Positions 33,985-35,334 of a DNA stretch of 35,334 nucleotides are shown in pieces. Source of the stretch: Chloroflexota bacterium. Its GTDB lineage: Bacteria; Chloroflexota; Anaerolineae; UBA7937. The notes beneath the pieces are model-generated. The model was not told where the DNA came from. It saw only the letters and a program-made list of their open reading frames with translations, and ran no database searches. The first letter of the stretch is position 1; the number at the start of each line of letters is the position of its first letter. The stretch lies in NCBI GenBank assembly GCA_003453555.1, contig DMLA01000018.1, forward strand, positions 1 to 35,334, given 5' to 3'. Position numbers and translations under genes: made by a program.

Positions 33985-35334
33985 TTAACCGGCAAATATC
34001 CGGGCTAGTTTCCTGGCTGCCTTTCGTGGTGAGGCGTACCTCTTCCATAGGTAGCGGAGCTTGCGCTTGAAGGCATTCCAGGGGGTGCGCCTTTGGGACT
34101 CCTCCAGAGCCCAATTGAGAAACTGGTAATCCTGGCCCTTTATCTTGGTCTCCGTGGGGTTGCGGCGGTATTGGTCATGACTGGTGATGAGGGAGAGGTT
34201 ATTCTCCAGGCAGTACTCATAGAGGTCGCTGCCCGGATGGGGGGTGTAAAAGGCTGGGCTATAGTAGTCGGGGTCTATCTCCTTCAGCATGGAGATGGTA
34301 TCTTTCACCTCTTCTTTGGTCTCTGTGGGGATGCCTAGCATGTAGTTGGCCCAGATCTTGACGCCGTACTTCCTGCAGATACGAGTCGCCTCTAGGTTAA
34401 CCTGCCGGGTCGTCCCCTTGCGTAGAAAGCGCAACACCCGGTCGTTGCCGCTCTCGAAGCCGACGAAATAACCCCTACAACCGGCTTCAGCCATTAACTT
34501 TACCATCTCCTCATGGCGGACGATGATATCGGCTCGGCTTTGACAGAAGAAGGGTTGTTCAAACTCCTCTTTGTATCTCTGGCAGAACTCGGTCACCCAT
34601 TCTCCATCCTCGGTGAGGGTGTCGTCGTGGAACATGAAACTGGCGAAATGATACCTCTCGCGTAGTTCCTTCAGTTCAGCCACGACGTTTTCGGAGCTGC
34701 GCCGGCGCACCTTCCGGCCGAAGAGGATCCGCTCCGCCGGCTGACAGAAGTTACAGTTGTATCGGCAGCCTCGCCCGGCGATGAGGGTCACAAAAGGCGG
34801 CGGCAACTCCTCCACAAAGGGGACCTCCGGGGAGTCGAGGGAGTAGCCGTAGCGTCGCCACTCTTGGAGAAAGAGGTCCCGATCCACGAAGGGCAGGGAG
34901 TCGAGGTCCGGCCGTTCGCCCTTCAGAACGCGTTGTGACGGTGGATTGCCGTCCTGGATGGCGTGCAATAGTTCGACGAAAGTTATCTCCCCCTCGCGGG
35001 TGACGATGTAGTCGATCTTTTGCTTCTCGACCACCTCCTCGGTGACGAGGGTAGGGTGGGGGCCGCCGACCACGGTGATAATCCGGGGGTCTGTCTCCTT
35101 GACCACCTCTATAGATTTCATGGCCGGGTTGTAGTCGACGCTCATCATGGTAACCCCCACCAGATCAGGCTGGCGCCTCTTGATCTCTGCCGCTAGATCG
35201 TCCCAACTGGAAAGGGCCCGCAGGTCGATGAGGTTGACCTGGAAACCATGGCTCTTGGCGCAGGCGGAGAGTTGCGCCAGGCCGTGGCTAATCCAGCCGG
35301 CTTCCATCCCCTGACCCAAGGAGTTAAAGCCGTA
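33985..35334 (-). CDS. B12-binding-domain radical SAM protein (5' end outside the window)
   Basis: The frame stays open to the window edge (YGFNSLGQGMEAGW...). It has an N-terminal B12-binding-like Rossmann segment and the radical SAM cluster motif GRGCRYNCNFC. Confidence 0.85.
   Translation of the reverse strand, partial: YGFNSLGQGMEAGWISHGLAQLSACAKSHGFQVNLIDLRALSSWDDLAAEIKRRQPDLVGVTMMSVDYNPAMKSIEVVKETDPRIITVVGGPHPTLVTEEVVEKQKIDYIVTREGEITFVELLHAIQDGNPPSQRVLKGERPDLDSLPFVDRDLFLQEWRRYGYSLDSPEVPFVEELPPPFVTLIAGRGCRYNCNFCQPAERILFGRKVRRRSSENVVAELKELRERYHFASFMFHDDTLTEDGEWVTEFCQRYKEEFEQPFFCQSRADIIVRHEEMVKLMAEAGCRGYFVGFESGNDRVLRFLRKGTTRQVNLEATRICRKYGVKIWANYMLGIPTETKEEVKDTISMLKEIDPDYYSPAFYTPHPGSDLYEYCLENNLSLITSHDQYRRNPTETKIKGQDYQFLNWALEESQRRTPWNAFKRKLRYLWKRYASPRKAARKLARIFAG

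Noticed and set aside
1-35334. CRISPR arrays, tRNA/rRNA genes, riboswitch-like leaders
   Set aside because: Reading all intergenic gaps by eye, I saw no regularly spaced direct repeats, no cloverleaf-compatible segments and no long structured 5' leaders. A tRNAscan-SE/Infernal run would be needed to exclude small ncRNAs formally.

Overview
Origin-proximal chromosomal segment of a G+C-rich bacterium. The short monoderm-type YidC and the HspR/ClpB heat-shock cluster hint at a Chloroflexota- or Terrabacteria-like organism, but that is only a guess. Most of the window is conserved housekeeping. On the plus strand: rpmH-rnpA-yidD-(PQQ propeller lipoprotein)-yidC-jag, a PfkB kinase, parA-parB followed by a perfect 16-bp parS, a SAM methyltransferase, and dnaN-recF. 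Further along: rsmG, an orphan solute-binding lipoprotein, and hsp20 divergent from cbpA-hspR-clpB-methyltransferase-clpC. On the minus strand: phnD-phnC-phnE-psuK-psuG. Next come an oriC-like region (three DnaA boxes, TAG-trio-like repeat, AT-rich stretch) at the 3' end of dnaA, then dnaA, a multi-domain glycoside-hydrolase-like protein, and apt. The window ends with rfbB (needs a CTG start), two small paralogous ORFs and a partial B12-binding radical SAM gene. The one clearly accessory part is an A+T-rich islet between recF and rsmG (about 9240-12320). It carries a FokI-like PD-(D/E)xK nuclease gene with no partner methyltransferase. That gene is split by a 1.8-kb G+C-rich IS-like element with about 29-bp terminal inverted repeats and an AAT target duplication. 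The element encodes only two translationally coupled, mutually paralogous multi-HTH proteins and no recognisable transposase fold. This element and its nuclease target are my best candidates for something undescribed. I found no rRNA, tRNA or CRISPR array by eye.
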